A stretch of 62,024 nt of DNA, the filler included, from Limisphaerales bacterium (GTDB taxonomy: Bacteria; Verrucomicrobiota; Verrucomicrobiia; Limisphaerales; SIBE01): the NCBI GenBank assembly GCA_044225505.1. It is 3 parts of 3 records of this genome, joined end to end, with 100 filler letters (N's around TTAATTAATTAA, not from the genome) between each part and the next. Parts side by side here need not be neighbours in the genome. Positions count along the whole stretch, not along the records: positions 58,963 to 62,024 come from JBGAIN010000327.1; 2 more parts are not named here. One strand, 5' to 3'. The position numbers and the translations under genes were made by a program. Under the pieces are notes generated by a model. That model worked only from the letters and a program-made list of their open reading frames with translations. It was not told the origin of the DNA and ran no database searches. This document shows, in pieces, positions 60,763 to 62,024 of the stretch; positions within the stretch are counted from its first letter, which is position 1, and each line of letters begins with the position of its first letter.

Positions 60763-60832
60763 GCGGCGAGAACATCAACTTGGAATTTGAGCAGTGCGAA
60801 ATGCCGCTCATCGTTGCTCTTCATCGTTCGGT
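60737..60832 (+). mobile_element. attC site 3
   Basis: R'' GCCCAAC-N5-GAGGCAACGAATGAGCGGC...GCCGCTCATCGTTGCTC-N6-R' GTTCGGT. Confidence 0.88.
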
Positions 60833-60879
60833 GTATGGCGCGTGCTCGACAGCCGCGTGGGGCGGAGTATCGTCGCTGC

Positions 60880-61113
60880 ATAGCAGAATCAGTGGAAACG
60901 TTGGCCGCCGAGGCGATGCAGTTGCCGCCTGACCAGCGTCTGACGCTCGCGCACAAAATCCTCAGCAGTGTCGAGCCAGCCGGCTCGCCGGAGCTCGAGG
61001 CAGTGTGGGACACGGGGATTCGCACCCGGATAGCGCGGTATGATGGCGGGGAGACGCAAGGGATTCCCGCTTCGGAGGTTTTCGCCGAGCTTGATCGGCG
61101 ATTAGGGCGATGA
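60880..61113 (+). pseudogene. Addiction-module antitoxin, start codon apparently ATG->ATA
   Basis: AMQLPPDQRLTLAHKILSSV..W..I..RIARYDGG..IPASEVF pattern. The paralog at nt 7 has ATG at this position. An upstream ATG at 60835 is a possible alternative start. Confidence 0.75.
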
Positions 61114-61403
61114 TTCTGGAGTTCCTTCCCGAGGCGTCCGTCGAGCTGTATGCCGCCGCTGAGTATTGCGAGCAGAAGGAAGAGGGGCCCGGACGGCGAT
61201 TCCGTAATGAGATTTTGCAGGTCTGCCAGTTGATCGTGCAGCAGCCAGTCCTTTGGCGAGAGCGGGCCGGGTGGATGCAGACGCGTGAATTGTCCAGTAT
61301 TTCCATACTACGTCGCCTATTTCATTCGGGCGACCGCCACGTCGTGGCAGCCATCGCACACGGTCATCAGCGGCCGGATTACTGGAAAGAACGACTCAAA
61401 TGA
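61110..61403 (+). pseudogene. ParE/RelE-family toxin with compensating +1/-1 frameshifts
   Basis: N-terminal FLPEASVEL..AAEY and C-terminal AIAHGHQRPDYW are in frame. The family-typical RRVNCPVFPYYVAYFIR lies in the shifted frame at about 61270-61329. Confidence 0.8.
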
Positions 61404-61404
61404 C

Positions 61405-61500
61405 ACCGCCCCAGGCAGCGGCACCGAACCCGGGTGATCATGTTGTGGTTTCAAATCGACCACCTCTGCCGCCGGGTCGGTGAGCGGCCCGAAGTTTGCC
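61405..61500 (+). mobile_element. Degenerate attC site 4 (R'' AAC mutated)
   Basis: ACCGCCC stands where ACCGAAC is predicted from the cassette start GTTCGGT. It continues N5-AGCGGCACCGAACCCGG...CCGGGTCGGTGAGC and ends GTTTGCC. Confidence 0.6.
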
Positions 61501-62024
61501 CACGTGCGCGAGCGCTCAGGCAGCCAACTGCGTTCGATCGATCACGAGCGGCGCTTAATCTACTAAAATACGGACCTGCCCCCTTCGCCGAGCTGGCGCG
61601 GAGTGCCACGTCGAATTGTCTCACACGCCGTTCACATTTGTGGACGCACTCCCAAGCTACACCGCCACAACGAGATCGGTAACCCCGCAAATCGGTAACT
61701 TGATCAGTGCGGATTGCAGTCTTAATCGTGATCCTCCCGGACCTTAGCCCGCTGTGCGTTCCCCGCCGCATTGCGAGCTATTGAGCCATTACATCCAGCC
61801 ACAGCCGACGATCACAGCTGCCTAGCCTCACTTTGGGTTCCCGCTTAACAGCAAGAAACATGTGGGGATGGCGCAACCGAATCCAGGAGCCGTTCAACTG
61901 CAGTGACCCCAACAAGGAGAGAGAAGACCTGTATTGGAAAAGACAGCTCATCGCTTCGATTCCGATGCCCACCAGGATTTGCGTGACTGGTTTGACTACC
62001 GGGACAGCAGGACGTGCCGCCATG

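Larger units (their letters stand above)
58963..61500 (+). mobile_element. Integron gene-cassette array (no integrase in the window)
   Basis: Co-oriented short ORFs, each followed by an attC-like imperfect palindrome. The cassette-start GTTRRRY sequences complement their own R'' boxes. Confidence 0.85.

Noticed and set aside
61423..61429. ACCGAAC as the R'' box of attC4
   Set aside because: It complements GTTCGGT but pairs inside the inner stem with GGTCGGT. Spacing relative to the other attCs places R'' at 61405-61411.
59141..61500. Spaced palindromes considered as a CRISPR array or as terminators
   Set aside because: The units are 90-126 nt, non-identical, separated by whole genes and lack U-tracts. 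No cas genes are present, and attC geometry explains them.
61501..62024. Further cassettes or an integrase after attC4
   Set aside because: No tyrosine-recombinase motifs and no clear attC. The short ORFs are unconvincing and the window ends here.

Overview
This window of about 60% GC is a concatenation of three assembly pieces. They are joined by artificial N44-TTAATTAATTAA-N44 linkers at 29460-29559 and 58863-58962, and there is also a 14-N scaffold gap at 59827-59840. The gene repertoire points to a Verrucomicrobiota genome, probably Pedosphaerales-like (inference, from prepilin/H-X9-DG proteins, an ECF sigma with a long C-terminal extension, DUF1800/DUF1501 and an RRM protein). Pieces 1 and 2 are mostly chromosomal backbone: tRNA-Val(CAC), a POT transporter, fdhF-like/fdhD, glnD, an ECF operon, thpR, gspD, a GH2-like enzyme, a vanadium haloperoxidase, tgt, rpoD, bactofilins and an fsr-like MFS. 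The strongest signal missing from the ORF track is an integron-type gene-cassette array in piece 3. It has four attC-like sites, and the two intact cassettes start with a GTTRRRY that is the exact reverse complement of their own downstream R'' box. It carries unknown cargo and a toxin-antitoxin cassette decayed in both genes and in its attC. A second decayed cassette remnant with a paralogous antitoxin start sits at the window start, next to a stand-alone GHKL/MORC-like ATPase. Other notable items are a terminator/antiterminator leader before the fsr-like efflux gene, a MITE-like element with 11-bp periodic and GATTAC repeats, a DUF1800 protein with two inserted beta-sandwich modules, a zinc-ribbon-bactofilin fusion, and a tgt-coupled NCS2 permease. 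No integrase or CRISPR array is visible. All family assignments come from motif recognition by eye, not from database searches.
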